From assembly GCF_036588685.1 (NCBI RefSeq), contig NC_086378.1, positions 84,878,001 to 84,942,000 of the forward strand: 64,000 bases of DNA, read 5' to 3'. Under the pieces are notes generated by a model. That model was not told the origin of the DNA and did no database searches. It saw nothing but the letters and a program-made list of their open reading frames with translations. This document shows positions 13,651 through 26,326 of the stretch, piece after piece. Every line of letters starts with the position of its first letter. Within the stretch, counting starts at the first letter, position 1. The DNA is from Mytilus trossulus (lineage: Eukaryota). The translations under genes and the position numbers were made by a program.

Positions 13651-15744
13651 TGTCAGATACCAATCAATTGTTTCGGTAGTTAAGCAATCTCGACTTTCAA
13701 ATATTTAAGAAGATGTTATATGACAATCATGGAAAGGAAGCTACACTAGATAAAATGAAATTAATTATCATAATCTTTATAATCGAACAACTGAATTGCC
13801 AGTTCTTTTTTGTATCTAGGAAATAAAACTGACAAAACTGTTAAGAACTATCACATTAAAATGTAAAACTGGGGTGGTTTTTTTTTTTATTAATTCAGAC
13901 TGTTCATAATTATCTTGATTAAACTGATTATGATTGAGTACGTTCGTTTGAAAATATAAACAGTCATCCTATACAAAATAGCGTATTATTGATGTTCATA
14001 CTACAACTAGTTTTGTTTATTCTAAATATAGTAACACAGCTATATTTTGTGCAAATTGAATATTTTCTCTACAATCAGGGTACATTAAAGGATGAAAATA
14101 AATAGGAAATTCGTGTTACATTTTAAAAAGATATCAAAACATTAAGTCATAAAAACAATATTAGGTCAATGATTAAAAAATAAACTTTTTTTGTATTTTT
14201 CACAAATCCTGGAAAGGGCTCGGTAAAACCTTGCCTTTTCCACAGTTTCTTATCCTCATACAAAAAGGTCTATATTGGTCTGACGTTGACTTAATATTGT
14301 GTATCTATGAATTTACAATTTTAAATATTAATTGTTTATAAGCTTACAAATTCAGCATGAAAAAATTAACACTAATTTAAGCAAAAAGGTTATGGACTGT
14401 AATTGCTTGATACAATACAATTTGCATTGTCAGGCGAGCCAAGTATTGTTATTTTCTATATTTTTTAAGATATTAAAAGAGGGTATTTGTTTTTATATGT
14501 TTGTATTAATAATGGCTTGTATATACAACAAATGTCATATATTCAATGATTTATCAGTAGACACATATATAGTTATATAAATAAACATTTATCTTATTAA
14601 ACTGTGTAAAAATTTTCTTTTAATTTTGTTTTATTACCAAAAAAATGGTATAGTTCAAATGAATACATAATATATAAAAACAGAAATGAACCTTTTTACT
14701 GACTTTAATAGTTTGTTTTAATGTTGTGTTGTTACACTACTGTCTCAGGTTATGAGAGGGTTGAGCGCTCACAAATGTTTACCCCCGTTGCATTCTTTAT
14801 GTTCCTGTCCTAAGTGAGGGGACTGTAGATCAATAGTTGTTGTTAGTTCATGGCTGTCATTGGTTCATGTATGTCATATTTGTTTTCGTGGTATATATTT
14901 CGACGTTAGTTTTCCCAAATAAATTGCTTCATATTTTTTTTTATGTCGGAGGCCATTCAAATACACCTATACGGTATGGGATTTTCCCATTGATGAAGGT
15001 CATAAGGTTGTCATTAATTACTGTCATTCATTTCACTCTAACTCTGGTGTAGAGCTGTCTGATTGACACTCATATCACATGTCCTTATTTTTATAATAAG
15101 TGTTTGAACCTCAATTGGTATTGGTAAAAACTGTCATAAATAGACGGAAATAACTACAGTAAAACGACTAGCAAACAATTACAACATTCAATTATTCACA
15201 ATTTTAGTTCATCTGACCTTAAAATATATTTATACTTTCTCATTCTCTTGTCGCCCATTGTTTTAGTCCGTCCGTTATAACTTGTCCGTCGTCTATTGTT
15301 TTCAAATCTTCTCCACCGAGGAGGTAAAGTGTTACCAAATGTTAATAAAGTTTACTGGAATGCTTCTTACTGTATTGAGTTTCAAAGATATATCCTAGGA
15401 TATTATCGATCATCAAACATAGTTGCCGTAACTATTGGTAAAGGATTTTTTTAAAAAGAGGCGAAAGATACCAGAGAGACATTCAAACTTACAGATCAAA
15501 AATAAACTGGCAACTCCATTGCTAAAACGGAAATATATAGTACACAAAACACAACATAGAAAAAAAAAGGCTTAGCCACACGAACCCCATTATAAACTGG
15601 GGGTTATAAACAACATGTGTTGAGTATGATAAAGTATATCTCCTGTGAAGACTTCAGAAGAATTGGACAACCCATTTTTGTTTTGCTTGTGGAATATCGA
15701 ATTTTAGTAAAGTCAAAGTGTTAGGTTTGTATTTTTAAAACTAA

Positions 15745-17180
15745 CTCATCACTGTATTGGATACCTAAACTACATAAGTGTCCTTACAAACAACGGTATA
15801 TAGCTGGGTCTTCCAAGAGCTCCACGAAACCTCTTTCTAAATTATTAACATCTATTTTATCAGCAATCAGAGACGGGCTTCAAAGTTATTGTGAAACTGC
15901 CTATTCTAGAGGTGGCGTGAATAAGATATGGATACTTAAAAATTCCAAAGATCAATTAGAGTACATTCAATCTAACTCTCTTTCATCTTGTAATAGTATT
16001 TAAACATTTGACTTTTCTATTCTTTACACAAGTATTCCACATTCCAAACCAAAGGACAAATTGAAAGAGTTGGTATTGCTTTGCTTCATAAAAAAGAATG
16101 GCCAACGTATATACAAGTATCTTGTCTAAGGGAGGGATAAATCCTAGTTTGTAAAGGATCACTCTGATTCAAACAAAGAATTCTCTGAAACTGACATTAT
16201 CAAGATGATTGATTTCGTGATTGACAACATATTTGTTACGTTCGGAGGACTTATTTTTCAACAAACTGTCGGCATTTCAATGGGAACAAATTGTGCCCCT
16301 CTACTTACCGACTTGTTTCTTTATTATTATAAGGCTGACTTCAAGCAGAAACTTCTTAGAAAGAAAGATAAGAAGTTAGCGATATCCTTTAACTCTACTT
16401 TCCGCTATATAGATGATGTTCTTTCACTAAATAATTCAAAGTTTGGTGACTATGTGGAACTCATCTATCCCATCGAACTAGAGATGAGGATACTACAGAT
16501 ACAGTTAAGTCGGCCTCATATCTAAACTTACATCTAGAAATTGACAATGAGGGTCGGTTGAAAACAAAACTTTACGACAAAAGAGATGATTTCAGCTTTC
16601 AAATTGTGAACTTTCCATTTCTAAGTAGCAACATTCCAGCAGCGCCTGCATACGAGGTATATATCTCCCAATTGATACGATATTCCCGTGCTTGCATTTC
16701 CTATCATGATTTTCTTGATAGAGGGTTGCTGCTCACAAGGAAGCTATAAAACCAAGAGTTCCAAATGGTGAAGTTGAAATCATCCCTTCGTAAATTTTAG
16801 GGACGCCATCACGAGTTGGTTGACCGTTATGGAATAACCGTTTCACAAATGATATCGGATATGTTCCTTACTTCGTAACTACAATCCCCTTTCCTTTCAT
16901 GAATGTAACCTACCGAATTAGACAATTTACCGGATTTTTTATCACATAAGCAACACGACGAGTGCCACATGTGGAGTAGGATCTGCTTACCCTTCCAGAG
17001 CACCTGAGATCACCCCTAGTTTTTTTGTGGGGTTCATGTTGCTTATTATTTAGTTAACTATGTTGTGTCATGTGTACTATTGTTTGTCTGTTTGTCTTTT
17101 TTTTTATTTTTAGCCATTGCGTTGTCAGGTTATTTTCGATTTATGAGTTTGACTGTCCCTTTGGCATCTTTCGTCCCTCT
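15745..17180 (+). mobile_element. Second, more decayed copy of PLE family A (RT + 3' UTR)
   Basis: Co-linear with ~3555-4990; several stops and indels; MGTNCAP and YIDD retained. Confidence 0.85.
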
Positions 17181-17308
17181 AGTAAACATCCTTTTGGTTA
17201 ATGTATTGCACAGTTAGTTGTTTTCTTGAAAACTATTAACAGATAGAGTGATTTTTTTACATAACGGGAATACAGAACAAATAAATGCAAAAACACTCGG
17301 GACAGAGA

Positions 17309-18390
17309 AACTAGAGGCTCTAAAGAGCCTGTGTCGCTCACCTTGGTCTATGTGCATATTGAACAAAGGGCACTGATGGATTCATGACAAAATTGTGTTT
17401 TGGTGATGGTGATGTGTTTGTAGATCTTACTTTTACTGATCATTCTAGCTACTTAGAATTTTCTCTATCTATATAGACTCAGCCCTTTAGATACAGAGGA
17501 AAATATTTTGTAAACATTTACAAAAATTTACCAAGTTAATGAAAATTGTTAAAAATTGCCTATAAAGGGCAATAACTCCTAAAAGGGTCAACTGACCATT
17601 GTGGTCATGTTGACTTATTATTAGATCTTACTTTGCTGAACATTATTGCTGTTTACAGTTTATCTCCATCTATAATAGTATTTAAGATAATAACCAAAAA
17701 CCACAAAATTTCTTTAAAAATTACCAAGTGGGGGGCAGCAACCCAACAACCAGTTGTCCAATTCATTTTCAGGGCAGATAGATATTGACTTGATAAACAA
17801 ATTAATCCCTTGTCAGATTTCCTCTAAATGCTTTGGTTTCAGAGCTATAAGCCAAAATTTCAATTATGATTGTGGCTAAGTTTGGTTAAATTTGACTCAG
17901 TAGTTTTAGAGAAGAAGATTTTTGTAAAAGATTACAAAAATTTACGAAAAATTGGTAAAAAATGACTATATAGGGCAATAACTCCCCAAGGGGTCAAATG
18001 ACCATTTTGGTCTTACTTTGCTGAACATTATTGCTAATTACAGTTTATCTCTATCTACAAAAACAGCAAAATTTCCGGGCAGATAGATCTTGACCTGATA
18101 AACAATTTTACTCCACGTCAAATTTGTTCTAAATGCTTTGGTTTTAGAGTTATAAGCCAAAATCTACATTTTACCCCTATGTTCTATTTTAGCCATAACG
18201 GCCTTCATGGTTGGTTGGCCCGGTAACCGGACACACTTTTCAAACAAGGTACCCAAAGGATAATTGTGGCCAAGTTTGGTTAAATTTGTCCCAGTAGTTT
18301 CAGAGGAGAAGATTTTTATAAAAGTTAACGACGACGGACGCCAAGTGATGAGAAAAGCTCACTCGGCCCTGTGGGACAGGTGAGCTAAAA
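17309..18390 (-). mobile_element. HINE-like (Helentron-associated, non-autonomous) element
   Basis: Reverse-orientation relative of 60620-61417: AGCTCAC...GTGAGCT stem-loop, GTC microsatellite, terminal AGGCTCTTTAGAGCCT palindrome. Confidence 0.65.
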
Positions 18391-19329
18391 CATTAATAAA
18401 TAAATAAATAATACAACAGTTAATTTCGGCATATTAACCAAATAATAACAACGAATAACTAAAATCAATTTAGCGCAGTTAAAAAAAACCAGCATAATAG
18501 ATTGCAAACCGTGTCTGTCAAACGAATGTATCAACTCCATAAAAAGTTACGTCAAATGGTTAAGTTTTAAAAAAAATGAATATAAGTCAAGATTATATTT
18601 TTAATTATGTTATTTGATGTATTTTTATAATAATTACGAGACTATTAATATAGAATGATGCTATTAATTGTGCAACTAACTGCACTTTTTAACTATGTCG
18701 GCCTTTCTTTCAAATAAAACTGTCTATAACAAAAAAATAAAATCTTACAAATGAACGGGGTTATTAATTAACTTTTATCGATAACACACAAAAAATTATC
18801 CGATTAGAACTACAAAAACAGCTTTGTAAATGAATACATGAACGCTATATAAACAATTACCAAGCGAGATACGTCTAAAGCAATACGAATGCACACTAAA
18901 CAAAACAGTAATAATCGGGAATAGATCACGTTCGGTATTTAAAATATCAGACGACATAGAAGGTTAACAGTAAAGTACAATCTTAGAGTCTTATGTAGAC
19001 ACAACGCGCGTCTGGCGTATAAAATTATAATCCTGGTACTATTGATAACTATTTACACCACTGGGTCGTTGCCACTGCTGGTGGACGTTTCGTCCCCGAG
19101 GGTATCACCAGCCCAGTAGTCAGCACTTCGGTGTTGACATGAATATCAGTTATATGGTCATTTTTATAAATTTTCTGTTTACAAAACTTTGAATTTTTCG
19201 AAAAACTAAGGATTTTCTTACCCCAGGAGTAGATTACCTTAGCCGTATTTGGCACAACTTTTTGGAATTTTGGATCCTCAATGCTCTTCATCTTTGTATT
19301 TATTTGGCTTTTTAACTATTTTGGTTTGA

Positions 19330-19373
19330 GCGTCACTGATGAGTCTTATGTAGACGAAACGCGCGTCTGGCGT
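19330..19373 (+). ncRNA. Type I hammerhead ribozyme (copy 1 of 5)
   Basis: Stem I GCGTCA/TGGCGT; core CTGATGA...GAAA; stem II GTCT/AGAC; palindromic stem III ACGCGCGT; predicted cleavage at GUC, after 19367. Confidence 0.9.
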
Positions 19374-19684
19374 ATTAAATTATAATCCTTGTACTTTTGA
19401 TGACTATTTACACCACTGGGTCGATGCCACTGCTGGTGGACGTTTCGTCCCCGAGGGTATCACCAGCCCAGTAGTCAGTACTTTGGTGTTGACATGAATA
19501 TCAATTATATGGTCGTTTTTATAAATTTTCTGTTTACAAAACTTTGAATTTTTCGAAAAACTAAGGATTTTCTTACCCCAGGAGTAGATTACCTTAGCCG
19601 TATTTGGCACAACTTTTTGGAATTTTGGATCCTCAATGCTCTTCATCTTTGTATTTATTTGGCTTTTTAACTATTTTGGTTTGA

Positions 19685-19728
19685 GCGTCACTGATGAGTC
19701 TTATGTAGACGAAACGCGCGTCTGGCGT
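19685..19728 (+). ncRNA. Type I hammerhead ribozyme (copy 2)
   Basis: Same motif, +355 bp. Confidence 0.9.
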
Positions 19729-20039
19729 ATAAAATTATAATCCTGGTACTTTTGATGACTATTTACACTACTGGGTCGATGCCACTGCTGGTGGACGTTT
19801 CGTCCCCGAGGGTATCACCAGCCCAGTAGTCAGCACTTTGGTGTTGACATGAATATCAATTATATGGTCATTTTTATAAATTTTCTGTTTACAAAACTTT
19901 GAATTTTTCGAAAAACTAAGGATTTTCTTACCCCAGGAGTAGATTACCTTAGCCGTATTTGGCACAACTTTTTGGAATTTTGGATCCTCAATGCTCTTCA
20001 TCTTTGTATTTATTTGGCTTTTTAACTATTTTGGTTTGA

Positions 20040-20083
20040 GCGTCACTGATGAGTCTTATGTAGACGAAACGCGCGTCTGGCGT
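20040..20083 (+). ncRNA. Type I hammerhead ribozyme (copy 3)
   Basis: Same motif, +710 bp. Confidence 0.9.
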
Positions 20084-20394
20084 ATAAAATTATAATCCTG
20101 GTACTTTTGATAACTATTTACACCACTGGGTCGATGCCACTGCTGGTGGACGTTTCGTCCCCGAGGGTATCACCAGCCCAGTAGTCAGCACTTTGATGTT
20201 GACATGAATATCAATTATATGGTCATTTTTATAAATTTTCTGTTTACAAAACTTTGAATTTTTCGAAAAACTAAGGATTTTCTTACCCCAGGAGTAGATT
20301 ACCTTAGCCGTATTTGGCACAACTTTTTGGAATTTTGGATCCTCAATGCTCTTCATCTTTGTATTTATTTGGCTTTTTAACTATTTTGGTTTGA

Positions 20395-20438
20395 GCGTCA
20401 CTGATGAGTCTTATGTAGACGAAACGCGCGTCTGGCGT
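20395..20438 (+). ncRNA. Type I hammerhead ribozyme (copy 4)
   Basis: Same motif, +1065 bp. Confidence 0.9.
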
Positions 20439-20749
20439 ATAAAATTATAATCCTGGTACTTTTGATAACTATTTACACCACTGGGTCGATGCCACTGCTG
20501 GTGGACGTTTCGTCCCCGAGGGTATCACCAGCCCAGTAGTCAGCACTTTGATGTTGACATGAATATCAATTATATGGTCATTTTTATAAATTTTCTGTTT
20601 ACAAAACTTTGAATTTTTCGAAAAACTAAGGATTTTCTTACCCCAGGAGTAGATTACCTTAGCCGTATTTGGCACAACTTTTTGGAATTTTGGACCCTCA
20701 ATGCTCTTCATTTTTGTATTTATTTGGCTTTTTCACTATTTTGGTTTGA

Positions 20750-20793
20750 GCGTCACTGATGAGTCTTATGTAGACGAAACGCGCGTCTGGCGT
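20750..20793 (+). ncRNA. Type I hammerhead ribozyme (copy 5)
   Basis: Same motif, +1420 bp. Confidence 0.9.
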
Positions 20794-20882
20794 ATAAAAT
20801 TATAATCCTGGTACTTTTGATAACTAATTAGACGTGGAAAACTTGTTCTTAGTAAGTTCAGACACAGACACATTGTATGGAT

Positions 20883-21150
20883 CAAAAGAGGAACGAAAGA
20901 TACCAAATGTACAGTCAAACTCATAAACCGAAAATAAACTGACAATGCCATGGCTAAAATGAAAAAGACAAACAGACAAACAATAGTACATATGACACAA
21001 CATAGAAAACTAAAGAATAAACAACACGAACCCCACCAAAAACTAGGGGTGATCTCAGGTACTCCGGAAGGGTAAGAAGATCCTGCTCCACATGTGGCAC
21101 CCGTCGTGTTGCTTATGTGAAAACAAATCCGGTAAATAATCTAATTTGAT
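20883..21150 (-). mobile_element. Solo 3'-end fragment of PLE family A
   Basis: Reverse complement of the ~4725-4990 UTR (GCAACACGACGGGTGCCACATGTGGAGCAGGATC...GGTATCTTTCG). Confidence 0.75.
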
Positions 21151-22209
21151 AGGTCAACCTATTTGTGATGGTGTCAATATAATTTACGGTGTGTCAATTT
21201 CAAGGAATGACGAACAACAATAATGCAAAACTGTACAGAAAACGAAATTGAGCAACAACAACCGGAGTGAACTTGAATTCTCTCAAAACTAGAGTCAGCA
21301 GATTTTGCACCTCGAGTAGCACTCGTTATGTTTCTTGATATAAGCAAACAAGCGCTGATAATACAAATTTTGAAATGTATTATCCTTTGATAAATCAAGA
21401 AATTATCATAAAAAACAGGGTTCCAACTACCTCGGTCAAAGTTTACCTCAAATGAATTGTCTCTACGCATTTACAAATGCCTGGATTGGAATAAAGTGTC
21501 TATATAAGACTCGCAAGTGACGCACGAATTAAAAAAGTTAAAAGAGCCAACTAAAGTACGAAGTTGAAGAGTATTGAAGACCAAAAATTCCCAAACGTTT
21601 TGCCAAATACAGCTAACGTAATATATTACTGAGGTAGGAAACAGCTGGTAGGAAACCCTAAGTATTTCAAAAATTGAAAATGTTGTAAAGTTAATTTATA
21701 AATATGACCATATCAATGATAATCCATGTTATGTTAACACAGAAGTTCGGACTTCTGGGCTGGTGACGAAACGCATGCCTTGGAATATAAATCGTGTTTT
21801 TTTGTGATTTTACTTTTCACATTTAGTTTGCATCACGTACTCTTCTTAATTTTGTCATATTATCTATGTTTATCTATCGTGGTTGAGGACACATGATCCT
21901 GACCTCATACTTGTTTATATCACAGTTTTGTAATATCTTAAATAAACAAACATATTTCATTCAATCTTGTTATTGACTCACTATCAGTTAGCCAGACGAA
22001 ATATTTCCTTGTGATTATAATATAAAACAGAGACTTTAAATCTATTCTAATATTGTGTTTCTAGAATTATCCTTGCAATACCATACATAAAAACGAACAT
22101 GAGATGCATTCCTGACGATTTTGAACTCTTGATGAAATGCATGAAAAATTCACAGCTAGAAAAAATTAAGACAGCAGAAACTTGATTGACATCATCTAAG
22201 ACCAACAAG

Positions 22210-22426
22210 ATGACATCAATTTCACCAGAGGAAGAAAATTTTGTCAGAATGAACTTGTTGTTAACAGGAATTTCTCCTCGAGCAGTACGAACACTATTTG
22301 ATAATGAATTTGCTCCAATTTGTCTTGATTCTACACTAAAGAAAAAGTTCAACAAACTGAAAGATCTTCAAAAGAAGCGTGTAATTAACCAGTCGCAGTG
22401 GAATTTACTTACTCCGAGATTTCCTG
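22210..22426 (+). CDS. Exon 1 of HEPN-STAND-ankyrin gene (N-terminal half of DZIP3-like HEPN domain)
   Basis: MTSISPEEENFVRMNLLLTGISPRAVRTLFDNEF...INQSQWNLLTPRFP; phase-1 donor G|GTAAGT at 22427. Confidence 0.85.
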
Positions 22427-23470
22427 GTAAGTACAGAGAAACTTGAGAAAGCCAATAACAGTGGCAGCAACTTACCCATAAATTTCCTCCTGGTAAGTAC
22501 AGCCAAACCTTCCAGATGCCAGTCAAAGTGGAACTTATTGTTCCCTCTGATGTACATATAAACAAAACAGTGAAACTTACTAAGATTTCTATGTAAGTAT
22601 GTAGAAACATGTTACATAAAAGTCATAGTGGAACTTGATGTTCAATCAATATTCTGGTTATTATCATGATACATCCATGAAACATTTTGCCAGGTTTTCT
22701 TGTAAATACAGAGTTACCTACTACATACTAGTCACAGTGCACTTTACAATTAATTAGGTTTCCTGAGATACAGATTAACCTACTACAGCCCAAAGTTACG
22801 TTGAAATCGGCGATTCCCAAAATTTTCCGTTAAGTATAGGAACATTTGATACCAACCATGAATAGTGGATCTCTCTTGCCATAACATTCAACGGAACACA
22901 CTGTTCCCTAGATAGCCTGTTGAGTACATAGAAATAAGTTATATGTCAGTTTTCGTGCCATGTACTTATGTATTGATTTTCTTGTAAGTACCTAGAAACC
23001 TGCTATATGCCATTTACACTAGAACTGACTGCTTCCTAGATTTCTTATTGAGTAAAATAAAAACTGTCACAAATCAATTGCAGGGAAACTTATAAACCCC
23101 TAGATTTCCTGGTAGGTATAAGGAAGCCTTGTACATAACTGTGTGAGAGTGAAATTTGCTGTTTTATAGATTTCCCGTGAACAAAGTCTACTACATGTCA
23201 GTCACAGTGATAGTTACTGTTTACAGGCTTCCCTAATAAATACTGAGAAACTTTCTACACGTCCAAAAGCCTCATCATAGATACATGAATTGAAATTTCA
23301 CTGATGAGTCTTTTGTTGACGAAAAGTCATCTGCCGCAAATACAAAATTGCAATCCTGGTATCTATTAGGGAATTCTCTTGGTAGGTAAAGCCTGTTGTA
23401 GTGAAACTAACAGTTCCTAAATTTTCTGTAGAGTACAAATAAACCAGCTTCTTGTCAGTCACATTGAAGA
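22389..23470 (+). repeat. Degenerate ~63-bp minisatellite derived from the exon-1 3' end and splice donor
   Basis: About 15 diverged copies of CCAGTCNCAGTGGAACTTACT...AGATTTCCTGGTAAGTACAGAGAAAC. Confidence 0.7.
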
Positions 23471-23518
23471 CGCATCATATTCCTCTATCAGGTCAACATA
23501 TGCTGATCTGCTGGTCAG

Positions 23519-23832
23519 ACAGTTGGAAAGAACTACATAAGCTTTACCATGTGTTTTTTTCATCACGGTGGTGACGATGGTGGTCCCTCAATCGGCGACA
23601 TTCCGATCAGCTGTCCTACTTTTTTTATCTCGCTTTCTACGGAAAATGCATTGGGTTTTTTCATGAGTTTAGTTATATAATGCTACAAAAGATCCAGAAT
23701 CTGCTTCTAAGTCGGTCGATATCGCATCCACTCCTGAATGATCTTAGATGAAAAAAGCAACAAACAGTTTGATAAACGGCCTTTTATTGCAAGCTTACAC
23801 ATGGTTAAGCTTATGTAGTTCTTTCCAATTGT
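23519..23832. mobile_element. ~310-bp MITE
   Basis: TIRs CAGTTGGAAAGAACTACATAAGCTTTACCATGTG / CACATGGTTAAGCTTATGTAGTTCTTTCCAATTG. Confidence 0.7.
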
Positions 23833-24156
23833 GCTTTACTTAATAAGTATAGGCCAAAATCTTCGTTGTACCCCTATGTTCTATTTTTAGTCATGACGGC
23901 CAGCTTGGTTGATGGGCCAATTCGTCGTACTCATTTTCTATACTAGATACCCCAATGATGATTGTGACTAAGTTTGGTTAACTTTGCTCAGTAGTTTCAG
24001 AGGAGAAGATTTTTTTAAAGTTAACGGACGACGACATCGTTTTATTGTGCCATGATACATGTTTGTACATCTTTTTTCATATTTTTCCCTAGATTATGTC
24101 TGTTTGTGTTGTTCACACATCGTTGTCAATATAATGGAATTCAAAGCGACTGACAT

Positions 24157-26326
24157 CACTACAAAAGTCTAACAGTCTGAAAAGACCAATTTTTGTCTTG
24201 ATTTGCATGAATTTTACTCGATATTCTCCAAGAGTATGAATTGTGTCTTAATTTTTCTTCACAAATTCTCATTTATATTAAATTTGTATGAAATTTACTC
24301 GACATGTTCTGACATTCTGAGTATGGTCTTAAAATTTCTTGACAAATTCTTGACATTTGAATACTGTCTTGAAACTCGACATATTCTCATCATTCTAATT
24401 TTTTCTCAGTGTGGCTTGACATGTTCTGAACATTTTGAATTGTTTCTTAAATTTACTTGACAATTCTGAATTTTAAAAATCATGTCCAATATTCAAGATA
24501 TAACTTCAATCTGTATTTCTCCTTATATGATGTACTGTAGTTTCAAGTTACACTTGTTACAACAAAAATAGAAGGTGGGCATGTAAAATAATTGGGTATA
24601 TAAATATTTTTACAAATACAGATATGGCTATGAAATATAAAGTTTTAACAATACAAATGTGGGTATGTTGATATAAAACAATTTAAATGTAGTTTTTTAA
24701 ATAATTACAAATACATAAAATATTGATCCCTAAATCTTATAAATAATTACTAAATGATTAAAACCAATCATACTGTAGACATGATATTTCATTCTACATT
24801 CATAATATTCAATGTAAATAATTATTGAACCAAAATGTGGTTTTTATAAACAGCAAAGTTAATAATGGTGGTATCCTAATTCTTCCAAGGATTTGTATAG
24901 TCTTACTATACAAATCCTTGATTTAACAGAAGAAAATGTGTGTAATGTCATCTGTTGGAATATATATTGAGTATTACACGTGGACAGGATGTTTTCCATA
25001 AAATTAAGGTATTCCACACCAAGAATACACGCAAGTATCATATGGAAAATTACTGCTTGACCTGTAATCAGCCACACAACAATCAGTTGACCTACAATGC
25101 CAATACAATTTATAAAGTTAGTTGATAGATGAAAATAAAAATCATCATTTTAATTAAAAAAAAGATGAATTAAAATGGATTTTCTTCATAAAAATTATGA
25201 AGTTAATTATTTTAACATAAAAACAAATAATTTCCCAAAGATTAAAAGAAAACTATTATCTACTCCAGGAATAATATAAAAATGAAGTTTGTATAATGAG
25301 TCCTTTTTCTATAGAAATCATTGGTCTTATGAAATGGATCTCAAACAGACATGCATAATATAGATCTAAATAGTTTTAACTTTACAGGAGGGAGTGATCA
25401 CAAATATTTATTTTTCGATAAAAATTTATGAAATTCAACACACAATTTTGAAAACAAATTGTTTTTTGTTGTTTTAAATTTTTTTTTTTTTTTAATTAAC
25501 ATTGGAACAAATCTTTGACCTAAACGAAAGCCCCCTCCCCTTTTTTTGACATACAAACTCAAAAGATAAATTGTGGGGTCCAAAGGAGAAACATGGTCAC
25601 ATTTTAAAACTGCCTCAAGTCACCTGTTTTAGTAAAGCAAATTAAACTGGCAGTTTTGCGAACGGCAAAAATCTAAATGCTGTTTGTCAGTAACTTTTTT
25701 TACATATATATTCCAAGTGAAAACAATTAATTAAACGTTTAATAAAAATAAATCAAAATTAAAATACATTGGGGTTATTCAGGGTATTCCAACTCTGTTG
25801 CACCAAAAGGGTATCTTACTATACAAAATTAATCCTGGATTCTTCAAAGTTTAGTTTAGCCATAATAACAGCAATAGAAAGTCATAAACAGTGCAGAATG
25901 AGTCTGTACACATTTCAGGCGAAATTTATACTGTTCATATAGTGTCAAGGCATATTTAAGACTTCAAGAACGTGTCGAGATATATTCAGACAGCTTTAAG
26001 ACTGTCAAGTATGTGTCAAGACATATTCAGACATTATTAAGAATGCCAAGAATATGTCAAGACTTATCGAGACAAATTTAAGACAGTCATGAATTGTTCG
26101 AGACTAATCAAGACTCTTATCAGATGATACAGGAAGTGTCCAGAAATTTTAAGACAATGTTCATACTGTCAAGACACATGTTAAGAAAAATCAAGAACCT
26201 TATTAGACAAATTCATACTCTGTTAAGAATTTTTTTTTAAATTTCAGACAAATAAAGAATGTCGAGTAAAATTGATGCAAATTCAGACAAAAACTGGTCT
26301 TTTCAGACTTTTTGACTTTTGTAGTG
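24157..26326. mobile_element. Non-autonomous CACTA (EnSpm/CMC) DNA transposon
   Basis: Termini CACTACAAAAGTC...GACTTTTGTAGTG; ~70-bp imperfect TIRs; 3-bp TSD CAT (24154-24156, 26327-26329); short subterminal repeats; splits an older dispersed repeat. Confidence 0.85.

Larger units (their letters stand above)
18986..20826 (+). repeat. Tandem array of 355-bp units (~5.2 copies), each with a type I hammerhead ribozyme (non-LTR retrozyme-like)
   Basis: Exact 355-bp period with near-identical units; CTGATGA-GTCT-TATGT-AGAC-GAAA-CGCGCG-TC motif in every complete unit. Confidence 0.92.

Noticed and set aside
19415-19475. Minus-strand hammerhead (CUGGUGA...GAAAC) making the unit ambisense
   Set aside because: A6 is replaced by G, stem II does not close properly, there is no UH cleavage site before stem I, and the segment pairs better as GCUGGUG/CACCAGC.
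19049-20711. Five repeated 77-80-aa minus-strand ORFs (MKSIEDPKF...)
   Set aside because: By-product of the 355-bp repeat; no recognisable domain; antisense to the ribozyme strand.
18986-20826. CRISPR array
   Set aside because: Eukaryotic context; whole units repeat with no unique spacers; no cas genes.
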